A stretch of 64,000 nt of DNA from Pseudovirgaria hyperparasitica (lineage: Eukaryota). The position numbers and the translations under genes are program-made. This document shows, piece by piece, positions 25,626 to 38,372 of this stretch. Under the pieces are notes generated by a model. The model saw only the letters and a program-made list of their open reading frames with translations. It ran no database searches and had not been told where the DNA came from. How positions within the stretch are numbered: position 1 is the first letter of the stretch; each line of letters starts with the position of its first letter. Location of the stretch: the NCBI GenBank assembly GCA_010093815.1, contig ML996567.1; one strand, given 5' to 3'.

Positions 25626-26045
25626 GAGGTGTCATAATATTTCACCGGTATTTGGCGTATGGTATTGTCTATGTAACACTCACTCATCCATATGTATGGT
25701 ATTTACTGCTTGTCGCTTCCATCAAGTGAAGGCATCATTCGCCTCAATATATAGTAGTGAATATTATAGGCAATGACAGATACCTGTTGGAAATCCGCGT
25801 CAGGTTAGTGCGGTGTGATCATGTCAGGTGTCTAATCCTTCGGGATCCGTGCAACCAACTTTCCTTGTGAGTGAACAGATCAATTTCCCGAAGCTGGACC
25901 GGGCCGCCGCAATCGCGACCGTGGCTAATTAACTTATGAGCACGCGAGAATCAATGTTCCATACATCGAAACGCAAGTCTATACGGACGACTTCTCACAA
26001 AACTTCGACCTCAAGCGCACGGCGCTCTCACAACTTCACCACGTC

Positions 26046-26880
26046 ATGTCCGCCCAACACGACTTTGCACCTTACCAGGATGCCTCCCCCGAACGAGTCC
26101 GCGCGCTCTCTCCTCCTCCAAGATCTCCTCCGCCGCAGCGGATAGGCATCCGCTCCCCGCGCGCAAGCCTCGACCAGGCCCGCGGTCCCAACAACATCAG
26201 GAATATCGGCACAAAGGCCGTTACGAGCCCGCGCATCGGCGGCAGTGGCGCTGGTGCTGGTGCTGGGAGAAGTTATTTCGATGAGCCGGCAGGATGGGGC
26301 GGTGCTGGCGCGAGTGGTGCGAGGAGTCCGGACGTCGGGCCTGGCACTGGCTGGGGAGATGATGCGGCGGTGACCGAGAGCAGAGGGTGGTCGAGGAGGG
26401 AAGAGGTGGATATGTTTGAGACGAGGCTGGGCCTGAGGATGGATTATGAGGCGTGTCTTGCGTATCTGCTGTTGCCGCCGGCGGGGGCGGTGTTGCTGTT
26501 GGTGCTGGAGCACAAGAGTGATTACGTGCGGTATGTTGCGGGCTGGGCTGGGCTGGTCGAGAAATGTCTCTACATGAAGAGGAATAAAGTGCTAATGTGT
26601 GGGGAGTCTGACAGATTTCATGCGTGGCAGTCGGCGCTGATGTTCTCGGTCGTGTTCATCGTGCACGTTATATTCTCGTGGAGTGCGTTCATATCGTATA
26701 TCATGCTTGTGGGAGATCTGGGACTTATTGGGTATATGACCTACCGGGCGTATCTGGATGGTGTGTGCAGGTCCGATCATGCCGATTCGATACTGACTCT
26801 GTTCTACAGCGGAATTGCTCGACCGCTTCGAAGTCCCTTTCTTTGGGCCGCTAGCGAGCTCGATCCTCGACGACGAATGA
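26046..26880 (+). CDS. UPF0132-like membrane protein; 2 introns
   Basis: FETRLGLRMDYEACLAYLLLPPAGAVLLLVLEHKSDYVR|FHAWQS...RAYLD|AELLDRFEVPFFGPLASSILDDE*. Confidence 0.82.
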
Positions 26881-27675
26881 ATCAGACCGCCAAATTATAC
26901 ACGTGGGTGAACATAATAAGCATTTCCAGGCGTTTGCATTCTTGGTGTTGGGGATAGTTGTAGAGCAATTCATGGTGGACAGCGGCAGGAGCGTATCTGT
27001 TCGTTCATCTCTTGGGCGCATGCAGCTTGACAGTATTCTCTTTCGTTCTAGCTAATACAGCAGATCTATCTGTCCGAGAGTAATGTATAAACAATGCTGG
27101 TAGGAGAGTAATTCTCGGCATATTGGTTTTCCTTAGCGTCAATATCATTTCTCCGCCTGGAGTCAGTCAGGCAGGCGAAGTCGTGAGAACCTCACGATCA
27201 TGATTGTATAAAGTGACATGCTGATTGATGATGGGGAATACTTCCCAAATGGCACTGCCTAGCAAAATGGGAACTACTAAAGTTTAGTCTAGCTCGTATT
27301 CAATCCAGAATTCCGAGTTCTTCTCCCATTAAGTTGCGGACACATAAACTACAGTCGTCGTAATGAATGCCGTAAGTGGTATTGATAAAGATAGTGTTAT
27401 CCGCACGGTCGCGTGCACGAGGTCAGGACTTACACTGGTCTCTCTGTTTTCTCGTGACAAGTGCCGCTATGTTTCGACTTCCCCAGTTTTCGACATTCAG
27501 ATTTGACTCAAGGGGCTTACAAGGTGAAGAAAAGATGTGAAAGGTTGTTGCAAGTAATCATTCTTACGTGTACAAGAGGTTATGCTGGGTGGGACTTTGC
27601 GGCGGTTATGGTCGTGATCGCGTTTGAGAATTTTGAGTGAGCCTACGATTGGTGTATATCGATATAGCCATCTCT

Positions 27676-28778
27676 CTAGCCAAACCTTTCCTTTGCAATT
27701 GCTTTCAACATCGCCATTGTCTTGTCCTCCTTTGCTCTGTGCTCTGCCATCTTCTCCTCCCATTCCGCTGCTCGCGCGCGGTTCAGTTCTTCTCTCCTGA
27801 TCTCGCGCTCCGTCTTCTTGCGCTCGTCTGCTTTCTTGCGCGCCTTGAATGCATCCGCGTCGTCACCTAAGAGATCTCCGTCACCTACTTCCTCAGCTCC
27901 AGGCGATTTTGCTTCCCGGAACGACCGATTGGCTGCTGTGGTCTCTCTCTTCTTTTCAAGTTGTCGCTCGCGACTGCCCGGGTCTGCTCGTGGGACGAGT
28001 TCTTCCAACCGCTCCTTTTGTGCTGCGCGGTCTTGTTTGCGAGCGTAGCGGAGGTCGGCCATTCGACCTTGGGCTTCCTCTGCACTCATTTCTGTCGTGG
28101 GTGTTAGCTTAAATCCCAGCACTTGTCTAAGTCGATGTACCATCACGGAGCCTAAGATCTTGTCTTGAGGGGAGTGCAGGGCCGTAAGTGCGATTGTTGT
28201 TGTAGTCCTCGTCTGGCAGCGCAGGTCCGATATCGCTATCATCGCTTTCCTCGGGAGCCGCGTGAGCGTTCTTGAGGCTAATGGGAGGAGATTCTCGGGA
28301 GTTTCGTGATGCTGCTTCTGCTTCCGCTCCTGCAGATGCATTCGCTTTCGCATGGGTCTCTGGATCATACCATCCTTCTGCTAATACATTCGAATTCCTC
28401 CCCACGTCAGCCTAACAATTTCTCCTGTTGTACTATACACTGCTGTGCTGCTCACCATTTCTTTACGAAGCTCTTCCATCGGCCCCTCACCTCCTGTTCT
28501 GGTAGATCCTCTATCAGGAGCTGCTTCTGTACGTCCAGGTAGAGTGCAAACACATTCCTGTACTTTATGAAGTCATCCTTTGAAATTGGACTGGCTCTAA
28601 GAGGGAGCTGTACTGCGATTACGGGAGAAGAGCGCTTTCGTTTGCGGTCATGGCGGCTGTGGTGGCTGTGATGCTTTGAGGAATGCCGGCGCGGCGACGT
28701 TGATCGGTCTCTATGGCTTCGGTGGCGGTGGGAACTTCGATGAGGCGACCGAGAGCGTGATCTGGATCGTGAAGGCAT
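27676..28778 (-). CDS. Conserved RS/H-rich, probably nuclear, protein with coiled-coil C-terminus; 2 introns
   Basis: RSRSRSRS N-terminus, FALYLDVQKQL...RWKSFVKKW|NSNVLAEGWYDPE, DSDIGPALP, EELVPRADPGSRERQLEKKR, KEDKTMAMLKAIAKERFG*. Confidence 0.85.
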
Positions 28779-29145
28779 CGTATGTGCAGGCTATTGGAAT
28801 CTGGCGCATTGTTGCCATAAAGATCTCCCTTCTACTTGACATATGCTGCACGAGCTCTGATTGGCTCTAGATTGTGCGCACCTACCAACTAGAGATTTTA
28901 GTCCGAATCAAAAACATCATGAGAACTTAATAGTGCTGTCCCAACGTACTTTTACTACACCTAGGTGATCTTCTAGATACGTTTAAAGTCAGGTTTGCTA
29001 CGCGTTGCGCCACGTCGATAGAATGACCCGCAAAATGCTCCAAGGACAAGCTACAAGTATTGCATTTCAACATAGTAATTCATTGTATTTACAGGCCAAA
29101 CTCCCATATTGCTATCAAGTTGCGCCAAGCACTACCTTCGACGTT

Positions 29146-30190
29146 TCAAGGAAGGGCGAACTGATCGAAGAACTTCATTACAATGTCGCTAGCTTGTATA
29201 TGAGTTGGCAACTCCGGAATAGACAGCTGAGAGAAGTTTGGCTCAGTATCAGCCCAACAGTGTCCTGTATCAAGGTCAGATATGTACAGCGTAATGTCAA
29301 TCTCACCTACCCATTGAATCTATCTTCCAGTGCTGCAGAACTCCTTGAAGCCCATCGCATGTCCACATTAGATGGTGCACGTCGCCATCAAAACTGTCCT
29401 CCTGCTTTTGTCCTGTACAGGCATTGCGGATTGCCCATGAACTGAGCCTGGTAACTGTCAGCGCGATCTACAAACACGAGTCAATAGTATACCAATCTGG
29501 GATAGATGGTTCGGCCCCTCCTTCTCCCTGTTGTGTACCAGCGTATGGCACAGACTTGTCGTTCCCGCCGTGGATCTCAAGGATAGGTATTGGGCTTCTT
29601 GCTGGAGTACACCCATTATCAGGACCGTTCAGATCCGTGTAGTAGCTCCCGCTTCCAGGGGCAAATGCAGCAAACTTTGAGCCCGTACTGCTGCAAGCAA
29701 TCGTGTTCACAAATCCGCCTCCGTTAGAGATGCCAGTTGCATAAACCCGCCTCTCGTCGACGCAGAAGTTGCCCATGACATCTGCCAATACGTCTTCGAT
29801 AAATTGCAAGTCCTCTCCAACTGTAGCATTTGCATAGCTTGGACCTGCCCAATTCCCATCAGCGCCAGTAGGGTATACCATGATCTTGGATCCCGAGAAG
29901 CGTGCTTCCGACATCTTACTGTCGGCCTCGAAGAAGAACCCTATGCTGGACGATCCATGGAAGCCCATCACTACAGGATAAGCTCTATTTGCGTCATAGT
30001 CGATCGGAAGATGAATTGAGTATTTACGGTCGCGACTGCCGGACTGGAGGCCTCTGTACTGAGTGACACCGAGGTAGAAATGTGACTGGCCGCATCCCTT
30101 GCTGGCGCTACGGATCAGAGCCTCTTGCTGAGGAAAAGCGTTTGTTGCACTATACAGCAGACAGCTAGTAATCCAGCCTTGCCACTTCAT
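29146..30190 (-). CDS. Secreted carbohydrate esterase family 1 / feruloyl esterase FaeC-like alpha/beta hydrolase; 2 introns
   Basis: Signal peptide, SKGCG, YPVVMGFHG, FCVDERRVYATGISNGGG (nucleophile Ser), EIHGGNDKSVPY (Asp), spliced M|GHCW (His). Confidence 0.88.
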
Positions 30191-33010
30191 ATTGTCTCTC
30201 TCGTTGACCCTCGAACTAATGTCTTATGGAAGTAGGTAGAATCAAGCCTAAGCACTGAATGTAGGAAGTCTCGGATGCTTGACGAAGAAGAACAGCAAGA
30301 GGTCAAGGCTGCGAAGGTCACGAAAGCGACAGGACATATTGGAATATAAAGAATGTGATACCTACCACTGTATTGGGAAGGTAGTCCATTGGCGTTGCTG
30401 AGACCGTCGACCACTTGTTCGTATGGCGATCTGATTGGCTGAGAGGAAATGATCTAGTCGCAAACGTCATGCTCTTCTTTCACCAACTTCATGATCTGTA
30501 CACTGCGTAAGCCTGTCCGTCGGATAGGGAGATGTACTCTGCTAGAATTGATCTAGACGCATGTCTCAAATCTTACCTCCCTGTAACACCTGACAGGTCG
30601 ACCATGGCATGGAGAGTTTTTGGACCTCCGTCAGATCCTCCCCTACATCTCAATTAGCGAGACCTGATATCATGATGATCACATGCAACATCGGTCGTCA
30701 ATCTACGACCACTCACTCGCAGAGCAGGAACGTTAGAGATATTGCCACTACTGAAGATAAACCTGTCTTCCAGTATAACACTTCCGAGTTCGGAAGTATC
30801 CTGTGTACATACGGCCATACGCACAACAATACGCATAGACCAAAGTCAAGGCTGCAGTAACCCATCAGGACACCACACACCCTCATACGAAGTTGGATAC
30901 TTCGCACGGTTCCACTAAGATGTCTCTGAAGCACGGGTCTCCTACGTTTAGTAAAAGTAAGATGTTCCAGGAAGTTTTCCAAGAACACCACAAAATCGAA
31001 GTCACTTCCAGCGCCTGACGAGTCGCAAAAGACGGGGCGCAGAGGTAGGTTTATCCTCCCTCCCACATCAAGTAGGTGACGGACTCATTGAGCATGCCAA
31101 GAAGCAAGAAGGATGCTCCATGATTTGGAACGAAAGTCTCGATGGTAGCCCTATCTGGTATGGGAGTTTCAAACACAATACGGGAAGCTGTTGAAGTACT
31201 TCGAAAAAAACAATCCGCTCAGTCACACTGTCGCATCAGACAAAAGACGTCACAGGAGCCTGCGAAATGCCCTGAACCCCTTTACTTCACTCAAATAGGT
31301 CGAGTCGAATACACAGATGACTACTAAGGACATTAAATCAGTGGTCACGATTTGTTTCTCTTAGGCGTCTTTCGCCGTTGCTTACTTAGTTTGAGTGTTC
31401 GATTTCTGTTAATGGTTTTCTTCGATTTAGCGTGATATGTCTGATTTCCAACATCAGCTTGTTCGGCGCCTCCTTGAAGACTCCCGAACGGCAAGGTACG
31501 TGTATATTTTGTTCCTTTTGCTCATGAACACATATCTCTTTTCAAGACTCCAAATACGCTTATAGTATGTCTCGTAATACCAGGATGATGCCTTAGAAGT
31601 GACAGTGACATGCTCTTGAATTCCGTTGTACTGTAAATGAGTTTGTTTGAACTTGAAGAATGCGATTGAGTTCATCAAGGGTTTGTTCTCCTAAGATTAA
31701 TATTTGTTACTTACGCGAAGAAGCTGTTTAGACAGCACCAGAGGTCTCTTTCTCTGTTCGGAGTGTGAAGGCGGTAGTTCCCAGGAGCGAGTTACATGTG
31801 AAGTCTCATGCTAATATATTCTACCTCGATTTTCTTGCCGTCAAACTTGTTATTATCCTTTTCCATTCACATGCACTGCTTGATACAAGAAGAGGCTATG
31901 TACTCTCTAATTCTCTTCTCTAGCATCTATAACTCCCTCTCTACCTCCAACTTGCGAACCTGCGCCTCAACCCTGTTTCTCTGCTTCCCATAGATTTTTC
32001 AAGCTTGTTCCATATTATGTAAAGATATGGATATATTAAGAAGCTTACAGTCCATTTCAGGAATCAGGTACCCAGTTGGAAGCCAGATTCTTTATGACTT
32101 GTGCATGTGGGAGTTTCTTGTTGGCCTCTCTTGGTCTGACTGATGACCGAACAGAACTTGAAGCAGAAGATGATAAGGGAGAAGAAAGGCGGAAGTCTGT
32201 AGAGCTTGTAGCAAATCATGCCAAATATTCAAAGCACGAAGCCCGAACAAGTTTAAGCACGGTGGTATGACTTAGTGTGCAAAGAGTGATCGCTGAGGAG
32301 ACTATAGGGATGACTTGGTTAGAGCTGATTATTCAAATTAGTGTGTTATACTAATCGATGCATGAGACCTGTGTGAAGGTGAATGAGTGCCAATAGCATA
32401 AGTGTTTCATGGTCTAGGAAGTCAAATTTTCACGAAATAAACATACCGCGATTATCTGCATACTCACTGGTGAGTGCAGTGATCACAATAAGCGTTACGG
32501 AAGGTATAGTGTACAAGGCGTATTCAAAACATACTAGAGTGAAACATCAAGCAGTTTACAAACCATTGTGGTCGAAACATTATATTTCACATCACCCTCG
32601 TTTCACCGCACGCAAGCTGACACCCCAGTCTATACTCGCCCAAATGCGTATCAATACTGGCAGACAGCATCGGTGAAGGGGAAATAATTTCAATGAACCA
32701 TGTTCAACGCGCGCAAGTAGGGACTGTTAACAAGGTCGAAAGATATTGTTCAACATAAAGCTCATATCTACACTATCCGGGTCATTAGTGGGACTTCGTC
32801 ACATGTATAGCGCCAACGACTCATAGATCACCAGAGAAGATCGCTGTCGACAGGAAGGTCTAGCTATTTGTCGCGTTGATAAGACTCAACTTCAGAGTTT
32901 TATGGACTAGAGCAAGAGGCTCCCCTAACTAGTATAATTCACCACAAATTAGGAGAAAAGAGAGCATCCGTAAGCCAAATGACATACTGACCCTTGCTCT
33001 CAGATAAATC

Positions 33011-33715
33011 ATGGGCCTGTCAAGTGGCATGGTATCAGATAACCCACAGCAAGACACGGCCGAATCTCTCCGCCAACGCCTAACCCAAACTTTCAGCGAA
33101 AAGATCATCGAGTCAGCCCTCGGCGAGATAGCTCTATATCTCTATAACAATGGAGTGTCCGTTACACTCATTACGGTGGGCGGCATCGTGGACATGAAAC
33201 ATCTCAAGAGTTGGCAAACAATGAACGAAGGCATTCTCTTTGGAAATGATATCAGCGTCAAGCACACCCGGACACTAGTCAAAGAGGCACGAGACATTGT
33301 AGTCGCAAAAAGCCCCGTCATGCTGGGCACTGAATGGTTCAACGTGGAGAACTACTTCTGGCTGGCACCAAAGCTATGCCACGAGCTCACGGCAGAAGCT
33401 GTAGCGCAGGATATTGTAGTATACGATAACCCAGGTCTTAAGATACTGGCTGCGCCGTGGGAGCATGCATTCGCTGTGAAGGTGTCTCGACTGCTGGGGA
33501 ACCAAGAAGGGGCGAACCAGCGCGCTTACTATGAGCTGCATGACTCTGTGCAGTATTTGAAAGAGATCCTGAAAAAGAAAGGCCATGCGCGCATCTCGTT
33601 GGCGGTTGTTATGTCGTGGTCTAGCAAGTTTGGTCTACGTACGTGCCGCGAATATCTGATCGATGTTGTGGATCAGGAGTACTGGAGGCAGTTTGGGCAA
33701 AATGCTATGTTTTGA
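33011..33715 (+). CDS. Fungal nucleotidyltransferase-fold protein (AbiEii/DUF6036-like), apparently catalytically degenerate
   Basis: LITVGG, LGTEWFN, VVYDNPGLKILAAPWEHAFAVKVSRL, YELHDSVQYL. The usual R.TT.DVD motif reads WQTMNEGI. Confidence 0.7.
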   Translation: MGLSSGMVSDNPQQDTAESLRQRLTQTFSEKIIESALGEIALYLYNNGVSVTLITVGGIVDMKHLKSWQTMNEGILFGNDISVKHTRTLVKEARDIVVAKSPVMLGTEWFNVENYFWLAPKLCHELTAEAVAQDIVVYDNPGLKILAAPWEHAFAVKVSRLLGNQEGANQRAYYELHDSVQYLKEILKKKGHARISLAVVMSWSSKFGLRTCREYLIDVVDQEYWRQFGQNAMF

Positions 33716-34286
33716 GATTGTAATTCAGACCAGATCTTAAGTATTTCCACTTACGAGATGTTCGTGGAAGTGTTGCTGATGATGAACAAGATAGCAGATA
33801 GCGAGCTGCTCTGTCGTAGCCAAGAAATAAAAGGGTGGTTCTGGATCGCATGGCTTCCGCTTAATAGAAGAGTCTTATTTCTCATGGGTAGTGTACACGT
33901 CACTCTGCAACGAGAGACTCACACAATACATGCAGTATGAAGTTTGTCATCGACGTGCCTGGGAGCGCCGTTAGGCAGCATGCGACATATGTCCTGTGCT
34001 TGTTTTGGTTTTTTGAAGTGGTCATCGTCTACAGTGGTGGGTGAGCAACATAGAACATCGCCTGCTTGAGCTGATGAGGGGAGACACTTCCTGGAGTGGA
34101 TTTTATAAAGTTGAGATGATGCAGTAGCAGAACGGCTTAGGTTCCGAGTGATGACGGTTATAGGGTTTGCTTCTCTATCGACGCTTAATTACTAACTAGT
34201 TGACTTGGGTTCTTAGCAAGTGTAGTCGGTATATATGCGCTCGCTGATCAAATATGTATAGAAGTTGATTTTTGCAACTCATAGCT

Positions 34287-34367
34287 GGACCCATAGTTCA
34301 GTGGTAGAATATCTGATTCCAGTTGCGGGTTTCCAGAAGGTCAAGCGTTCGACTCGCTTTGGGTTCA
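34287..34367 (+). tRNA. tRNA-Trp(CCA) with a 9-nt intron (34323-34331)
   Basis: Acceptor GGACCCA/TGGGTTC, D arm GTTC-AGTGGTA-GAAT, anticodon CCA at 34319-34321, T arm AAGCG-TTCGACT-CGCTT, discriminator A. Confidence 0.9.
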
Positions 34368-34378
34368 TTTTTGTTTTT
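34368..34378 (+). terminator. RNA polymerase III terminator (T5-G-T5)
   Basis: Oligo-T tracts directly after the tRNA discriminator base. Confidence 0.8.
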
Positions 34379-35405
34379 CCTTTTCAAGGTATCTTTGAGT
34401 GCGCTCATTACGTAAACGATAACCACAGTACATTTAGAATAAGTAAAGCCTCAGAACACTACAATTTCTTTATACGGTTTGAATTAGTATAATCCTCTCC
34501 AGTCCTTCAGTACATATGACCAGTAGTCGTCCGCCCGTTATAGCTACGTGACGCGTACCGTTGCATTTAGTTTAGCTATGCCGAGTATAATGATATGATT
34601 AGGTGGTCTTAGCACCCTAAGATATTAAATTGAATCTAGATCTACGCGACTTGTAAAGTCGAAGCTTTATCGTAGTGGAGTTATAAGTCCTTACTACCGA
34701 TTAAAACTTTATAAGTCTAGCGACCGCCTGGAGTATGGCATACTCAACGTTGCAAAGAATCAAACGTTCCTTATTATCTAAGATCATTTCTATTCTCCTA
34801 CTCTCCTATAAGGAAATTCGATGAAGAGTTGAAAGCTTTTGGAAGTACTGGAGCACCAGCGTCCAGAGTGTGTGTCTGCTACTATATCCACGAAGAACTT
34901 TTGGGTCAGTTTGTTCAGAAGTTGGATTCTTGCATCTGGACGGTAAATATCACGTTCGTTGATCTCGGTCTGCGCTATGATACTACCACAGTCCAAGCCC
35001 AGCGCGATATGAGCTCTGTCCAGACACAACTAGCTTTGGAGGTGGAGTGAAGTAGTTATACATCTCGAACCTCGCCACGGGAGAAATCTACCATGACCGT
35101 GATGCATACGGCGACTACCGTGAAGCTGCCTAGCGGCACGTGAAGAAGGTTGTGCATCGATTTCCGAAATTGCTTCCTCTGATAGTAAGACATACTTGTT
35201 GCTCATCTAGAGAAGCATTAGGTCTGCATTCAATGATATCGTCCATAAGAAATATAACGCATATCATGACTCGTATTATTTCCGCACAATGACCTCCCTT
35301 GCATGAATGTAGCGACGTATCGCCATGTCGTTTTGACGCCGTAAATGCTGGAATTATGTATTATATGAGACGTATCGCATGGTGTCTTCTCATCTTCTCG
35401 ATCTT

Positions 35406-36112
35406 TCATGACTGCTCTTGCTGTACAGTTTGCTGATTCCATCGTTAGTAAGGTCGCATAACCAGGACTGCCATATGCACGTACCACCAACCAATCCATA
35501 CCTTCGTCCACACCTCTTCCATCGATTGCACTACAAGCAACGATACTCCAGTTCCGATCTTTTAATTCTCCCAGCTTCAACGCTTCGCTTATCTCACCCG
35601 CTCCTTTTGCGCCGGGTTGGTCTTGTTTATTCGCAAATACCAGTAACGCCGCATCTCTCAGCTCTTCTTCATTCAGCATGGCCGCTAACTCCTCACTCGC
35701 TGTGTTCAATCGCTCTATGTCTGTGGAATCGATGACGAATATTACGGCTGCGGTGTTTGCGTAGTAGCACCGCCAGTATGGCCTGATTGAAGTTTGCCCT
35801 CCAAGATCCCACACGTTAAAATTTAGGTTCTTGTATGTGACGGATTCGACATTGAAGCCGATTGTGGGAATTGTGGTTACGACTTCGCCAATTTTAAGAC
35901 GGTAGAGAAGAGTCGTTTTACCAGCGTTATCCTGGAAGGTGGAGTTAGCACCCAGTCTAATAGCCTTGGAGCCTTGCAAGAGGGAACCGGCATTCGTGGC
36001 TTTACTGTGTTCAGAATGCCACTGAGAGGGTACTAACCAGTCCTAAAATCAATATGCGAATCTCCTTTTTCGACCATAACAGCGCTGTGAACTTTGATAT
36101 CATGCCACCCAT
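35406..36112 (-). CDS. ARL1: ADP-ribosylation factor-like GTPase Arl1; 2 introns
   Basis: [56 protein letters not shown]; last exon QTVQQEQS*. Confidence 0.96.
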
Positions 36113-36522
36113 CTTGTATGTTCGTTCGACCACTTGCTCGAAAGTTTTGCTTGCGAATGATGCTCAGGGGCGTAGATGTGGCTGTTGACGTTAATGTCAA
36201 TAGTAAGAGGAACAGTTACGGCAGAGGTCGCTGATAGACTCTTTAGATGAGGCGCTGAGTAGGGAAAGCAAAGAACGAAAAGACAGCTAGCCTATGTAAA
36301 CACTAGGTCGCTGACAAAAGTAAAGACAGGTACTAAGTACGGGACGTAGCAGTGGTCGCGTGGAGTTCGAGGCGGACCTGGAACGTCCACGTGCGACAAC
36401 CCTTCTGCCTCAGGCACAAAGACCTTCAATTCAGTACACCAATAGTAATTCATTGAGATTATATTCCCTTCCTATGTATATGTGCTACATGTACAAAAAC
36501 CATGACAAGTATGTAAAGTAAC

Positions 36523-38075
36523 TCATAGCTTCGCAAAGACAGTCGTGACTTCACCACTCATGTCCACCAACGTGCTCTTGTTCCGCAACCAGGCTTCAAT
36601 TCCTTTCCTACCATTTTCAACACCAACACCGCTCATTTTCCAACCGCCTACGCTCATTTCTGCTGGTGATTCTCCCCAGGTATTTATCCAGGTTATGCCA
36701 GCCTGTAACTTCGAAATAACCTTGTGCGCTGCGTTCAGATCGTTCGAGAATACACCGGCAGCAAGACCCATCTCTGTTGAGTTTGCCCTTTTAATCACTT
36801 CGTCAACACTCTTGTACGTCAGGATGCTCATAACGGGTCCAAATATCTCCTCTTGAACGATCTTCATATCATCTGTACAATCTGTAAACACCGTGGGCTG
36901 GACCCAATAGCCCTTTTGGTAGTTCTGGCTAACTGCTTGAGGTAAAGTAAGTGGTTCCGAGCCACCATAGATCAGCGTCGCCTTGTCAGTCTGAATACCA
37001 TGCTTGATATAGCCCTTGACCTTCTCCCAGTGCACTCTGCTGACGAGTGGTCCGAAGTTTGTGGTCATATCACTAAGGTCGCCGGCACGAATGTACTTCA
37101 TCTTCCCCAGAAGGATTTTCTCGAAATCAGCCTTCTTTTGCTCTTGTACAAATACCCGAGTACCATTCGTGCAAACCTGGCCGGTGCTGAAGAAGTTTGC
37201 CATCATAGCCCCATCCACAGCTTTCTCGAGATCGGCGTCCGGGAGAATGACAATGGGCGATTTACCTCCAAGCTCCATCGTCACATACTTCATGTTACCA
37301 GCAGCGGATCCTGCGACCTTTTGTCCAGTGCTGACTTGACCTGTAAATGAGACTTTGGCGATGCTCGGATGCTGGATAAGATAAGCTCCGACTTCTCCGG
37401 ATCCTTGGACGATATTGAAGACACCAGGTGGGACACCAGCCTCAGTGTATATCTCAGCGAGAGTGTTCGCATGCAGCGGAGTGAATTCAGAAGGCTTGTA
37501 AACCATCGTATTCCCTGCTGCCAGACAAGGTGCTGATTTCCATAGCGCTCTAGTACCCATTAGATCTCGAAAGCCGTGCCTGAATTCAGCTGTTCTTACA
37601 TTTGAATCGGGTAGTTCCAAGCTCCAATACCTGCACATACACCCAATGGTTCTTTCTTTGTATATACCCAAGCATCTTCTCGTAGCTGAGTAGTTTCGCC
37701 ATTAAGCCCGCCACCACCAATCATATTTGCAAAGTACTCTAAAACATCGGCACCAGTCACGACATCGACGGTACTGGTTTCACTGAAAGGCTTCCCAGTG
37801 TCGTCTGTTTCGACCTTTGCGATCTGATCATTCCGCTCTCTAAGGATTAATGCAGCTTTCTGCAGTATGCGCGCGCGCTGAACGTATGTTGTGCTTGACC
37901 ATGACGCGAAAGCTTTCTGGGCAGAAGCAATGGCAGCGTCTATGTCACCCGTAGAGGAAGTCTCGATCGCACCATTGGGCTGCGCTGTTGCAGGGTTGAT
38001 TGACTGGAATGTCTGCTTTGAGGTGGCCCATTGTCGCTTGCCATCATAATACAGCGATTGAGTAGCGTACGTCAT
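36523..38075 (-). CDS. Betaine aldehyde dehydrogenase (BetB-type ALDH) with PTS1 (-AKL); 1 intron
   Basis: [55 protein letters not shown] (catalytic Cys), [15 protein letters not shown]. Confidence 0.9.
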
Positions 38076-38372
38076 CTTGATGAAGGTCCAAAGCCAGAAA
38101 TGTTCAATGAAGTGAGCACCAGATCCGACCTAGGTGAGTACTTCAGTATTTTGGCCCCGGGACCAGTTGATGATGGAAGTGCTTGATTGCAAGCTCATCT
38201 AATTATGGATGGATCAAGGATTGCCTGTTCGGGCGGGGATTTCCGCGTTACGCCAAGCATTTACAGTGTTCAGGTGGCCGCCCCGGGCCCACAGATGAGA
38301 TCACGACGTTCTTATGTAATATCAAGTGCAACTTTTCGGACTGTTCATTCTTCAACGCAGTGATCGTCCAAC

